64,000 nucleotides of DNA from an uncultured Eubacteriales bacterium (GCA_934502885.1 CAKSUT010000007.1:2951-66950), one strand, 5' to 3'; numbered from the stretch's first letter, positions 25,089 to 34,453 are shown. Program-made: numbers and translations. The notes: generated by a model not told the origin, from the sequence alone.

Positions 25089-26357
25089 TCACTTTTCGCT
25101 TTGCACACATTCCGTATAATCCTTATAAAGATAGAGCGAGCCGCATATCACGCAGAGCGGAAAGTCCTTTGTTTTTTCGAGTGCGTCGCCTATATCGCGG
25201 CAGGGCACTGTCTCGAAGCCGCCGCCACTCATACATTCGGCAAGTGCCTCGGGCGACATTGCACGGGAATTGTCCTTTACCGTGACGGTGAAAATATTCT
25301 TTGGCGCCGACGACGACTCACGCATTGCCTTTATCACGCCTTTTTTCTCCTTGTCAGCCATCATCGCCATAATAAACACCGGCGCCACATCGGGATAATA
25401 TCTTTCCAGCGAACGCATAAGCGACTGCATACCGCTCTCGTTGTGAGCACCGTCGATTATGAGCGTGCCTTTGCGTCCGCTCTCGCCCTTAAGCACCTCA
25501 AAGCGTCCGGGATTTGCCGCTTTTTCGAGTCCGCGCCGCACAGAGTTCTCATCAACCTTCAAAAGCCGTGCCGCCTCTATGGCAAGTGCGGCGTTTTCAC
25601 ACTGATATGCGCCCCTTATCCCGAGCTTTAAGCTATTCATACCGCCGTAATCGATAATCTCGTGACCGTCGGACGGCGTATGTACCGTCGGCTTCTCCGC
25701 AAGATACATCTGCGAGTGTTTCTCCGCGCAGACCTCGCGGAAAACCGTCATCACTTCATCGCACTGACGGAAGGTGACGAGCGGACAGCCTTCCTTTATT
25801 ATCCCTGCCTTGCACCTTGCAATCTCGCCGAGTGTGTTCCCGAGATATCCCATGTGGTCAAAGCTTATCGAGGTTATTACCGACAAAAGCGGATTCTCTA
25901 TAACATTTGTAGCGTCTCTCTCGCCGCCGAGTCCAACCTCGACAACGCAGATATCGCACTTTTTGTGAAGAAAATAAAGGAACGCCGCCGCAGTCCAAAG
26001 CTCAAACTGCGTGGGGTATTCGCCGAAACGCTCCTTTGTTTTTTCCGCCGCAGACTTCACCTCGTCCATTATGCTCTCAAGCTCCGCGTCCGTAATTTCC
26101 GTTCCGTCAATCGAAATGCGCTCGTTTACTCTCACCATATTCGGCGAAATGTACTTTCCCGTTCTGTACCCTGCTTCGGTGAGCATTGACGACAGAAACG
26201 CGCATACCGAGCCTTTTCCGTTTGTTCCGGCAATATGCACGCATTTAAGCGCAAGATGCGGATTTCCGAGCCTTTCGAGAAGATCTGTTATGCTCTCAAG
26301 ACGAAGCCTTGCCGTCGTCTGAAAACTGTTTGCGTAATTCAAAAATTCCTTTGACAT
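25089..26357 (-). CDS. folC: bifunctional folylpolyglutamate synthase / dihydrofolate synthase
   Basis: Start ATG 26357 (AGGTGA SD) is preferred over 26378, which has no SD. P-loop HIAGTNGKGSV and the Mur-ligase central and C-terminal domains. Confidence 0.9.
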   Translation of the reverse strand: MSKEFLNYANSFQTTARLRLESITDLLERLGNPHLALKCVHIAGTNGKGSVCAFLSSMLTEAGYRTGKYISPNMVRVNERISIDGTEITDAELESIMDEVKSAAEKTKERFGEYPTQFELWTAAAFLYFLHKKCDICVVEVGLGGERDATNVIENPLLSVITSISFDHMGYLGNTLGEIARCKAGIIKEGCPLVTFRQCDEVMTVFREVCAEKHSQMYLAEKPTVHTPSDGHEIIDYGGMNSLKLGIRGAYQCENAALAIEAARLLKVDENSVRRGLEKAANPGRFEVLKGESGRKGTLIIDGAHNESGMQSLMRSLERYYPDVAPVFIMAMMADKEKKGVIKAMRESSSAPKNIFTVTVKDNSRAMSPEALAECMSGGGFETVPCRDIGDALEKTKDFPLCVICGSLYLYKDYTECVQSEK

Positions 26358-26394
26358 TAAAGTCACCTGTCTTTCCATACGGTAAGCGATACGT

Positions 26395-26961
26395 TCAGTT
26401 TTTCGAAATAAGCTTCATCATTCTCTCCGTCAAACCGCCGAATGAGAAGAGGAACACCGCCTGTATTGCGGCTTTCAGCACGCCTGCCGCTATTCTTGCG
26501 CCGAATGCTACCGCAAACGACGGAAAATATCCTGCCTGAGTGAGAAACGCGCTCACGATGAACATATCGATAACAAACATAAGCACCGTACAGACGGCAC
26601 ATCTTACTTTGTACGAAGCTCCCTTAAGCGGCAGTTCGTAAAACATCACGCCGTAAACCGCTCCGCACAAAAACTCACAGAGCGACAGCTGCGGAAGCCA
26701 TGCGCCGACGGGCGACATAAATGCGTTTATCATATCCCCTGCCGCACCTACAAAGCCTCCTATCCAAGGTCCGAAAACGGCGGCGGAAAGGTAGACCGAT
26801 ATAAACTTGAACGGGACTTTTATCGTGTTTCCGACTCTGAACGTGAAGAACATCGCAAGCACGGCGGTCACAGCAAGAAGCATCGCCGCACCGCAAAGCT
26901 CCCTTACGGAAAGTCTCGGCACCGAGAAGCGTGAAAGTGAGAAGAAACCTTTGTTTTGCAT
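26395..26961 (-). CDS. folT: folate-family ECF transporter S component
   Basis: Start ATG 26961. 6 TM helices, ~188 aa, FolT-like sequence. Sits directly downstream of a THF riboswitch and upstream of folC. Confidence 0.8.
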   Translation of the reverse strand: MQNKGFFSLSRFSVPRLSVRELCGAAMLLAVTAVLAMFFTFRVGNTIKVPFKFISVYLSAAVFGPWIGGFVGAAGDMINAFMSPVGAWLPQLSLCEFLCGAVYGVMFYELPLKGASYKVRCAVCTVLMFVIDMFIVSAFLTQAGYFPSFAVAFGARIAAGVLKAAIQAVFLFSFGGLTERMMKLISKN

Positions 26962-27003
26962 AAAAAAACACCCTTTCGCAGTATTGTTTGCTACAAAAGG
27001 GTA
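26962..27003 (-). terminator. riboswitch expression platform: terminator hairpin that also sequesters the folT SD
   Basis: Minus-strand RNA ACCCUUU..loop..AAAGGGUG UUUUUUU AUG. The 3' arm contains the only SD-like element (AAAGGGUG), and the U7 run abuts the start codon. Confidence 0.6.
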
Positions 27004-27071
27004 TGAATGAACGTTCAACGGTCAACGCACCGCACAAAGGCGGCACAGCCGAGGCATTTATACTGTATTGC

Positions 27072-27187
27072 AGCAACGGAATGCGGAAAATGCACCGCAA
27101 ACAGCCGCACCTCAGCGCAGACCGTTTTTCGTAACCGCGGCAACTTCCCGTCCGCGGCTCACTTGACGCACAAATTCCTACTTTGCT
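27072..27187 (-). promoter_or_regulatory. THF (tetrahydrofolate) riboswitch aptamer
   Basis: Minus-strand RNA AGCAAAGUAGGAAUUUGUGCGUCAAGUGAGCCGCGGACGGGAAGUUGCCGCGGUUACGAAAAAC...GGUGCAUUUUCCGCAUUCCGUUGCU. It matches the conserved THF-I core I recall (AGUAG, GCGUnAAGUG, GGGAnGUnG, ACGAA, GCAUnCCG) with P1 AGCAA/UUGCU and P3 CCGCGG/CCGCGG. Confidence 0.8.
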
Positions 27188-27211
27188 TTCGGTCTTTCAA
27201 CCGACACGTGA

Positions 27212-27241
27212 AACTATATCACATAAACGCCGAAATTTCAA
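27212..27241 (-). promoter_or_regulatory. sigma-A promoter (extended -10) of the THF-riboswitch/folT-folC unit
   Basis: Minus strand: TTGAAA (27241-27236, overlapping the PAP2 stop codon), 17 nt, TGaTATAGT (-10 hexamer at 27217-27212). Confidence 0.55.
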
Positions 27242-27813
27242 CGCATATTTGTTAATTTATCGGAGCACTTTTTGTAAACGGCTCTGCAAATAAGTACAGC
27301 CGCCGCTCCGCAGGCAATACCGAGAACGGCTCCGGCGAACACGTCCGTGGGATAGTGGACGGCAAGATAAAGTCTCGAGCAGCCCATAAGCACGGAAAAG
27401 GCGTATGCCGCAGCTCCGCATTTTTTGTTTTCGCAGAATATCGCCGTTGAAAAGGCGAACGCCGCCGCAGTGTGTCCCGACGGGAACGAAAAGTCATTCG
27501 GAAGCGCAATGAGAATATCGCTTCTCAGGAATACGTTGTAAAGATCAAACGGTCTCGGGCGCGCGATAAGCGGCTTCAGAATCACGTTGCACAAAAGAGC
27601 GTCGAGAATCAGTGCCGACGCGGCACAGACTCCGCAACGCCTTGTTTTCTGCACGATGAGAAGCACGACGGTAAGTACGATAAAGATAAGTCCGCCGTTT
27701 CCGAGAAACGACACAGCACTCATAACCGCGTCAAAAAATGCGTTTCTCGTTCCCTGAATCGCAAGAAGCACCGAGAGATCAAAGTCGTTTACAAGCTCAA
27801 ACATTCCCGTCAC
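27238..27813 (-). CDS. PAP2 superfamily membrane phosphatase
   Basis: KPLIARPRP, PSGHTAAAF and SRLYLAVHYPTDV are the three acid-phosphatase motifs; 191 aa. Confidence 0.87.
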   Translation of the reverse strand: MTGMFELVNDFDLSVLLAIQGTRNAFFDAVMSAVSFLGNGGLIFIVLTVVLLIVQKTRRCGVCAASALILDALLCNVILKPLIARPRPFDLYNVFLRSDILIALPNDFSFPSGHTAAAFAFSTAIFCENKKCGAAAYAFSVLMGCSRLYLAVHYPTDVFAGAVLGIACGAAAVLICRAVYKKCSDKLTNMR

Positions 27814-27814
27814 C

Positions 27815-28309
27815 TCAGAAAAGCTTTATCGTCGTTGCGACCGACGAGGACAGAAGTGTCATTATAATTCCGGCGATGACGACTCCGAAGAATATCTCGA
27901 CAAGCGATTTGCGAAGCGGAAGTCCCAAAAGAGCCGCAATACCGGCACCCGTCCACGCTCCGGTTCCGGGAAGAGGGATAGCAACGAAAATCATGAGTCC
28001 CAGTCCCAGCTTAGTCTTGAGGTTCTTTGACCTCGACATAAGCTTTCCCTCAATTTTCTTCGCGAACGCCGCAAATCGCGGCTTTGACTTGAGCCAAAGC
28101 ATTATCTTTCTGCAAAGAAGCAGAATAAACGGCACGGGGAGCATATTTCCTATAACCGCAATCGTAAGCACCTCGTACCACGGAAGCCCGAGAGCAATTC
28201 CGACAGGCACTGCGCCGCGAAGCTCGACTATCGGCAAAAACGATATCAAAAGAAGCGCAAGCTCTTTGCCGCCGAACGACGCAACCCACTCAAATATGCT
28301 CTCAGCCAT
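27815..28309 (-). CDS. small membrane protein of the 'putative small multidrug export' (COG2426-like) family
   Basis: 164 aa, 4-5 TM helices. LLLISFLPIVELRGAVPVGIALGLPW is typical of that family as I recall it. Confidence 0.7.
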   Translation of the reverse strand: MAESIFEWVASFGGKELALLLISFLPIVELRGAVPVGIALGLPWYEVLTIAVIGNMLPVPFILLLCRKIMLWLKSKPRFAAFAKKIEGKLMSRSKNLKTKLGLGLMIFVAIPLPGTGAWTGAGIAALLGLPLRKSLVEIFFGVVIAGIIMTLLSSSVATTIKLF

Positions 28310-28351
28310 AGTTTACTCCTCTCCCATGCCATATATTATTATACCTTACAA

Positions 28352-29170
28352 TCAGAACTCAATCTCAAGGGAATCGTATGCCGTGATTATGCCGAGGTTG
28401 TCGTAGAACTTACGGAAGTCCTCGTATGTACCGTTGGCATTATGCGTGAAGTGCTGTGCGACTACCTTGGTATGCGGCGCAATGAGTCCCATATCCTTCA
28501 TTCTCGCAACAACCTCTCTGACGCACGAAACACCCATATGACCGTTGCGGCTCTCTTTGAAGCCCATGGTGGAATCGAGAGAAACAAGGTCGAATACTAT
28601 GCCGCTCTTTTCGAGGTATTCCCACGTTTCGTCGAAGAAATATCCCGTATCGTTGCCGTAGAGCATGGACTTTCCGTCTTTTTCAATGATGTATATTACG
28701 GGAGTTGACTTGGGGTCGTGGTTCGCCTTAAGGGGAGTTACCTTATACTTTCCGGCGTAAAACGGCTTAAACGGCTCGATAAGCGTAAAATCAAACGCCG
28801 GAGAATCGCCCTCTATCCACGGCTCGATCTTTGCCTGAGCAGCCGGCATTCCGTAAATGTGAAGCACATTTCCGCGCGGCACGTCGCTGTAGCCGGGAGT
28901 TCTGTTGTAAAGATCCGCAGGATAAAGGTGGTCGCCGTGAGCGTGTGTTATTATAAGCTCATGTATATCTCTTAAGTTTATCTCGTCACGCAGAACGTGC
29001 AGATACGTATCGCACGGAAAATCAATGAGAAGCGTGTCGTCAACGATAGCCTGCGAACGGGTTCTTATATTTCTTCCTTTGTGAAGTCTTGCGTGCATAC
29101 AAACCGGGCAGTTGCAGAAAAGTCCGGGGACTCCCTCTGCCGCCGCTGTTCCGAGATACTTTATCTTCAT
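28352..29170 (-). CDS. MBL-fold metallo-hydrolase
   Basis: Start ATG 29170 (GGAGG SD 8 nt upstream); the listed start 29185 is a TTG inside the SD region. HAHGDH zinc motif and an N-terminal CNCPVC cluster. Confidence 0.8.
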   Translation of the reverse strand: MKIKYLGTAAAEGVPGLFCNCPVCMHARLHKGRNIRTRSQAIVDDTLLIDFPCDTYLHVLRDEINLRDIHELIITHAHGDHLYPADLYNRTPGYSDVPRGNVLHIYGMPAAQAKIEPWIEGDSPAFDFTLIEPFKPFYAGKYKVTPLKANHDPKSTPVIYIIEKDGKSMLYGNDTGYFFDETWEYLEKSGIVFDLVSLDSTMGFKESRNGHMGVSCVREVVARMKDMGLIAPHTKVVAQHFTHNANGTYEDFRKFYDNLGIITAYDSLEIEF

Positions 29171-29321
29171 TGTTTTTTCCTCCAAGTATTAATACTTTTA
29201 TATTTTACACCAAAACGACAGACTGAGTCAAGAGCGTAATTGTTACAAATATCGATTTTATAGAAACTTAATATGCGTAAACTTTATGATGTTAATAATG
29301 TGTAAAGTCATTCGTTTTTTG

Positions 29322-29350
29322 TTGACTTTGATTCTTTCATGTGGTAAAAT
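29322..29350 (+). promoter_or_regulatory. sigma-A promoter (extended -10) of the ThuA-like gene
   Basis: TTGACT (29322-29327), 17 nt, TGgTAAAAT (29342-29350). GGTAAAATTACC (29343-29354; arms GGTAA/TTACC) overlaps the -10 element. Confidence 0.6.
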
Positions 29351-29402
29351 TACCATATAAAGTTGCAAACAATTCAATATTTGAAAAGGAGCGGCAAACA
29401 AT

Positions 29403-30128
29403 ATGGAAAAAATAAGAGTAACAATATGGAATGAGAATTTCCACGACAAAAAGGACTATGTAAAAGTACATTACGGCGAGGGCGGTATGCACGGTGCGAT
29501 CAAAGAGGCTCTCGACGCCGACGGTCGCTTTGAGACAAGAATAGCGACCCTCGATATGCCCGAATGCGGACTTCCCGACGAGGTACTCAACAACACCGAC
29601 GTACTTTTCTGGTGGGGTCACGTAAAACACGGCGACGTACCGGATGAGCTTGTGGAGAAGATTCACAAGAGAGTGCTTCACGGCATGGGACTCGTCGTTC
29701 TCCACTCCGGACACTTCTCAAAGATTTTCAAGAAGCTCATGGGCACGGGCTGTGACCTCAAATGGAGATTCAAGGATGACGCAGAAAAGATATGGACGGT
29801 CAACCCCTCTCATCCCATCGCAAGAGGCATTCCGCAGTACTTCGAGCTCCCCATTGAGGAAATGTACGGTGAACACTTCGACATTCCCGCTCCCGACGAG
29901 CTTGTATTCGTAAGCTGGTTCTCCGGCGGCGAGGTATTCAGAAGCGGCTGCACCTTCAGAAGAGGCAACGGCAAAATTTTCTACTTCCGTCCCGGTCACG
30001 AAACCGTTCCCTCTTTCAAGAACGAGTACGTAAGAAAGATACTTGTCAACGGTGCGCTTTGGGCAAAGCCTGACAACGCTACTTTCCAGGACTATGGTCT
30101 TTTCATCGACGGAAAGTCAGCTAAATAA
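29403..30128 (+). CDS. ThuA domain-containing protein (class-I glutamine-amidotransferase-like fold)
   Basis: AAAGGAG SD. IRVTIWNENFHDKK..VHYGEGGMHGAIKEAL..VLFWWGH.. is typical of trehalose-utilisation ThuA-like proteins. Monocistronic. Confidence 0.8.
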   Translation: MEKIRVTIWNENFHDKKDYVKVHYGEGGMHGAIKEALDADGRFETRIATLDMPECGLPDEVLNNTDVLFWWGHVKHGDVPDELVEKIHKRVLHGMGLVVLHSGHFSKIFKKLMGTGCDLKWRFKDDAEKIWTVNPSHPIARGIPQYFELPIEEMYGEHFDIPAPDELVFVSWFSGGEVFRSGCTFRRGNGKIFYFRPGHETVPSFKNEYVRKILVNGALWAKPDNATFQDYGLFIDGKSAK

Positions 30129-30168
30129 TTTTCAAAAAGTTATAAAGTCTAAAGCCATACACATAAGC

Positions 30169-30204
30169 TTCCCCCCTACAGTTTATCCGTAAGGGGGATT
30201 TTTC
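30169..30204. terminator. rho-independent terminator between convergent genes
   Basis: TTCCCCCCTAC..loop..GTAAGGGGGA, then TTTTTC. Confidence 0.65.
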
Positions 30205-30222
30205 TGTCCGCAAATTGCTTTG

Positions 30223-33174
30223 TTATTTGATAAAAAAGACCTTTGCCGCATCGTCAAGGCAGGTATTCTTTATAAGCTCCTCGGCGTTTTCGTAGAAGAC
30301 AAGCTGTTTGCCGCCGTATGTGCCGAGTCCGCCGCCCTCCTTCTGAGCGTAGATATTGCCGGAGAGCTTTGCGTACCATTCGGGTACTGCGGCGTTTATC
30401 TCAAAGAGATTTCTCTTGCTTCCGAGAAGCGCATTGTTTCTGAAAATATAATTCTTCCCGGGGTTCTTATTGCCGCCGCTCTTGAGTCCTGCGGGTGTTG
30501 TGTCGTCGGGAGACTGTTCGCAAAGTCCCGAGCCGATATCGATAAAGAAATTGTACTCCGCAAGCAGGTTCTCTATGGCGTAGGTATCGTCCTGTCTCGA
30601 AATACCGAGGAATATCTCAATCGGATACTTTGTATTCGCAACAACGTTGCCGGTGAATGTGATGTCCCTGAGAGCGACCTTATTGTCCTCGTCGCTTGCC
30701 GAGGTCGTCTTATACTGTGCGGTCATTGCGGCGTCGTATATCTGATTGAAGGAGCAGTTGTATACCTTGTAGTCGTCGGTTTTGCCCCATATCTCGACGG
30801 CGTTTCCGAAGCGTGTTGCATAGCCGTTTGTGTGTCCCTGTATGCCGCCGCCTATCCACTCAAACTCGCAGTTTCTGACGGTAAGTCCGTTGCAGTTTCC
30901 GGCGGAAACACCGTGCGCACCTGCGTTTATCACTCTGATATTATCTATCGTGACGTTTCTCATTGCGGCTATGGCGTGGTCTCTCACCGAGAACTCTATC
31001 GACTTGAATATTGCGCCGGGGTTGCCCTTGTCGCATCTCAAATATATCTTGCCATAATTATTCATGTCGCTTACCGCACCGCCGCCCTTGGTGTAGTCGA
31101 GCTGTACGAACATAAGGTCGGAGGTAAGTCTTGCCTTGGGGTCATACTTGCCGCTTCCGTTTCTTACGACGTAATCCGTGCCGTTCCAGTTGGGAAGATC
31201 CTTCACCGCCCACTTTTCGCCGCCGTCGAATATAAGAGTTCCGCAGTCGGGAATATCGCCGGAATAGGTGTAGATGTTGTCCGTGCCGTCAACGAGATTC
31301 CACTTCTTATCGTCCGCACCGTTCTCGGGTGAGCGGTTGAACACGGGTTTCGCTCCCTCACCGTATGCCGAGTACGTAACTCCCGGCTTTGTCCAAAGCT
31401 TCTGCCCCCTGTATTCCGCACCTCTTTCAAAGAGTACGACGTCACCGGGCTTGAGCGTTCCGTCCTCTCGTCCTGCTCTCGCTATGGTCTTCCATGCGTT
31501 CTCGGGAGACTTGCCGTCGTTTTTGTCGTCGCCGTTCGGGGAGACGTAGTAAGTTGTGCCGCCCTCGCCGAGGGTATGTTCGCTCTTTGTGTTCTTAATG
31601 CTTTCACGGAGAGCGTCGGCGGCATAGTTCACCGCTTTGACGGTTTTGTCCGTACCGTCGGCGTTCTTTGCGTATTCAAAGTATTCCTTTGCGGTCGTGA
31701 GAGACGCCATTTCACTCTCAACCGTAATCTCCGCTCCCGCCTTTTCCGGAAACGCCGCCGCTTCTATCTGTCCCTTAGCCCAGTGAGAGGCACTGTCGGA
31801 GAACGACGACTCGCCGCTATCGACGGCAGATCTTCCGATAAAGCGGTTGATTACCGTCACAGCCTCGGCACGGGTTATTGTGTTGTCGGGACGGAAAGTG
31901 CCGTCGGGATACCCCGTGACGACTCCGTTCGACGCCGCCCAGCGTACCGCCTCGTAAAGGGGATGCTCTGCTGTTACGTCGGAAAACTCAATATTTTTGT
32001 ACGAGCCGAGTCCGAGATTTGCAAGTATCGCAACAAACTCCGCTCTCGTGATGTATTTGTCGGGTTCAAAATTTCCTGTAAAGTGCGAAAGGTAGCCTGC
32101 GTCCTCAAGGAATGCGGCGTAATCGGCATACCATGCGCCCTCCTCAACGTCTGCATACTCCGAGGCATACGCTCCCTTTACTGCCGCTTCGTCCGCAATA
32201 AGGCGTGTTACCACCGCAACCGCTTCGCTTCTCTTTATGTTGCCCTGCGGCTTGAATGTGCCGTCGGAATAACCGGTTATGTACTTTGCTCCGGAGATTA
32301 TGCCAAAGGATTTCTTTTCTTTCTTGTAAATGATCTTATCCATATTGATGACAAGTCCATCAGGAAGAGTGCCGTCGTATTCGCTGAGATCAAGCGTTCT
32401 TTCGTAAAGCACCGGTGCGTTGTTCGTGCCGTCAGAGCCGGATATTCTCGAGCAGCCGGAAAAATCGCCGCCTATTATTTTAATATTTGTGCTTCCGTTT
32501 ATACCGCCGGGGCTATCCTTAAGGTAGGAATTGTTGCCGCCGTCAATCGCACCGGTGAATACGCCGCCGTAGATTGTGATGTGCGTGTCTCCGTTCACCA
32601 TGCGATTCGCCGTGCCGCCGACGATGTGAGAGAATATGCCGCTTCGGAGAATGACGTTTGTGTCGCCGTTTATCTCTCTTGTATCTCCGCCGCCTCGAAT
32701 GCTGATATACACACCTATGTTATCGCCCTTTTCGGTGACAATGCCTCTGCCGAATTCAATCGTGTGACCGAGACCGAGTATATACACGCTGTTCTTGTTG
32801 ACACGCCAGATGAGGTTTTCGAATGTTGTGTCGCCGCCGATGCCCCAAGCTCTCGAATATATGAGCCTTGACGTATCGTCATATCCCGTCACGGTAACGT
32901 GTTTTCTCTCGGCGGTGTCCTTGGGATCATCCTTGAGGTCGTAATCGCCGACTATTTTTATGACGCCCTCACGTTCCGTGCCGATAAGCTCGAACGCCTT
33001 CGCAAGGGTTGCAACAGGTGCGTCGTGCGAGGTTCCGGGATTTGCGTCGTCTCCCCTGTCGCCGAGATAGACCGTGAACACCTCCGTGCTTTCACCGTCC
33101 TGCGCAAAGGCGGAAAATCCGAATGCGCCGAGAACCATGATAAGCGAAAGCGCAAGTGCTGTTATTTTTTTCAT
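30223..33174 (-). CDS. cell-wall-anchored protein: N-terminal beta-helix-like region, central SLH triad, C-terminal right-handed parallel beta-helix domain
   Basis: Signal peptide MKKITALALSLIMVLGAFGFSAFA. Three SLH-like units (FKPQGNIKRSEAVAVVTRL, FEPDKYITRAEFVAILANL, FRPDNTITRAEAVTVINRF). C-terminal pectate-lyase-like repeats (NVTIDNIRVINAGAHGVSAGNCNGLTVRNCEFEWIGGG). Confidence 0.8.
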   Translation of the reverse strand: MKKITALALSLIMVLGAFGFSAFAQDGESTEVFTVYLGDRGDDANPGTSHDAPVATLAKAFELIGTEREGVIKIVGDYDLKDDPKDTAERKHVTVTGYDDTSRLIYSRAWGIGGDTTFENLIWRVNKNSVYILGLGHTIEFGRGIVTEKGDNIGVYISIRGGGDTREINGDTNVILRSGIFSHIVGGTANRMVNGDTHITIYGGVFTGAIDGGNNSYLKDSPGGINGSTNIKIIGGDFSGCSRISGSDGTNNAPVLYERTLDLSEYDGTLPDGLVINMDKIIYKKEKKSFGIISGAKYITGYSDGTFKPQGNIKRSEAVAVVTRLIADEAAVKGAYASEYADVEEGAWYADYAAFLEDAGYLSHFTGNFEPDKYITRAEFVAILANLGLGSYKNIEFSDVTAEHPLYEAVRWAASNGVVTGYPDGTFRPDNTITRAEAVTVINRFIGRSAVDSGESSFSDSASHWAKGQIEAAAFPEKAGAEITVESEMASLTTAKEYFEYAKNADGTDKTVKAVNYAADALRESIKNTKSEHTLGEGGTTYYVSPNGDDKNDGKSPENAWKTIARAGREDGTLKPGDVVLFERGAEYRGQKLWTKPGVTYSAYGEGAKPVFNRSPENGADDKKWNLVDGTDNIYTYSGDIPDCGTLIFDGGEKWAVKDLPNWNGTDYVVRNGSGKYDPKARLTSDLMFVQLDYTKGGGAVSDMNNYGKIYLRCDKGNPGAIFKSIEFSVRDHAIAAMRNVTIDNIRVINAGAHGVSAGNCNGLTVRNCEFEWIGGGIQGHTNGYATRFGNAVEIWGKTDDYKVYNCSFNQIYDAAMTAQYKTTSASDEDNKVALRDITFTGNVVANTKYPIEIFLGISRQDDTYAIENLLAEYNFFIDIGSGLCEQSPDDTTPAGLKSGGNKNPGKNYIFRNNALLGSKRNLFEINAAVPEWYAKLSGNIYAQKEGGGLGTYGGKQLVFYENAEELIKNTCLDDAAKVFFIK

Positions 33175-33340
33175 AAATCATGCTCCTTTCAAGAGAGAAG
33201 ATTTGTATTATTCACACAATAATTCTATCACACACGGACTCAATCTGTAAATGAGTTTTCTTTCCGAATTTGTAAGTTTTTTGACTCACAAAGGTGAAGA
33301 AAATCGCACCCTCTCCGGAAAAGAAGGTGCGCAGGCGTAA

Positions 33341-34381
33341 TTACTCTATTGTAATTTCTCTCACATAGTATTCGTCGTAAGGATAATCTTTGATTTTCTT
33401 ATGCACAGTGTGGAGGAAGAACTTGCCTCCGACCTCAAAGCTGTCGGCTCTTCCCTCTCCCGACGCATCGACAAAAGAGCTGTAGGGGAGCATGAATGCG
33501 GACACTCCGTTTTCGTCCTTTTCTGCACTGTCGATTATCATGTATTCGTCCCAGTTTTCCGCATCCTTTGAGAAATAGAGAACGAGGTCTCCGTGACTTC
33601 CCGTCTGCATTGTCATGAGGTAGCAGTCGAGCGGCTTGCAGTAGGTCGCCTTGCTGTGTGCGTCAAGACCGTTGTTGTAGGGGTCGTCGGAATAAGGCGA
33701 CTTTGTTATTATCGGTGTGCCCGTGCCGCCTATGCCCTTTGTTTCCCACTTGCCGTTTCCGCTGTACTTGAAAACCTTTGGAAGCTTCTTATTCTTGAGT
33801 GCGGCTATGGTTTCCTCAACGGAGAATCTCACGGCGGATATGCACTTCTTAAAGCCGGGAGCGTATTCGTTATAGTAAACGTAGAAGTAACCGTCCTTCA
33901 CGAGCGTGGGAGAACCGCCCATATTGGCGTGCTGCATGGGGATATAGTTGCAGCTGTTGCCGCAGATATCGCCGGCGTAGAACCAATGCTTGCCGCCATC
34001 CTGAGAAGCACCGAGCCCGATGTGGTAGTTTATGCACGAATTTTTGTCCTCACGGCTGAAATTCTCTCGGTGAACAAAGCCTATGAGCATACCGTCGTCG
34101 CAACGGTACATGGTGAGCGCCCAGAGTCCGTTCGGATAACCCTCGGGGTAGCAGTTGTAATCCCAGAAAAACTCACCCTCGAACGAATCAAACGGCGAGG
34201 TTTCCGTACCCTTATACATTCTGTAGTACGGCAAAGCACCGAGATCGGTCGCAAAACAGGTGATGCTTCCGTCGGGATTCTTGACAGGAGAAAGAGAGCC
34301 GTCCATTGTGAATTTCTCAGGCATATCCTTGTCCTCGATTTTCTTTACGACCTCTCCGATTTTTATTCTTTCCTTAAACAT
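33341..34381 (-). CDS. hypothetical cytoplasmic beta-propeller-like protein with an Asp-box
   Basis: 346 aa, no signal peptide. SQDGGKHW matches the BNR/Asp-box S-x-D-x-G-x-x-W. It has its own terminator (~33296-33330). Possibly a glycoside hydrolase. Confidence 0.55.
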   Translation of the reverse strand: MFKERIKIGEVVKKIEDKDMPEKFTMDGSLSPVKNPDGSITCFATDLGALPYYRMYKGTETSPFDSFEGEFFWDYNCYPEGYPNGLWALTMYRCDDGMLIGFVHRENFSREDKNSCINYHIGLGASQDGGKHWFYAGDICGNSCNYIPMQHANMGGSPTLVKDGYFYVYYNEYAPGFKKCISAVRFSVEETIAALKNKKLPKVFKYSGNGKWETKGIGGTGTPIITKSPYSDDPYNNGLDAHSKATYCKPLDCYLMTMQTGSHGDLVLYFSKDAENWDEYMIIDSAEKDENGVSAFMLPYSSFVDASGEGRADSFEVGGKFFLHTVHKKIKDYPYDEYYVREITIE

Positions 34382-34453
34382 AATTCATCCTCCTTTGAGT
34401 GTGAGATTTATCGTTCCGTGGAGATGATACCATATTTCGCAGATATTGTCAAG

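Noticed and set aside
23677-25110. A 477-aa minus-strand ORF antisense to thrS.
   Set aside because: It is a shadow ORF opposite a highly conserved gene, with low-complexity Leu/Arg/Val-rich translation and no expression signals.
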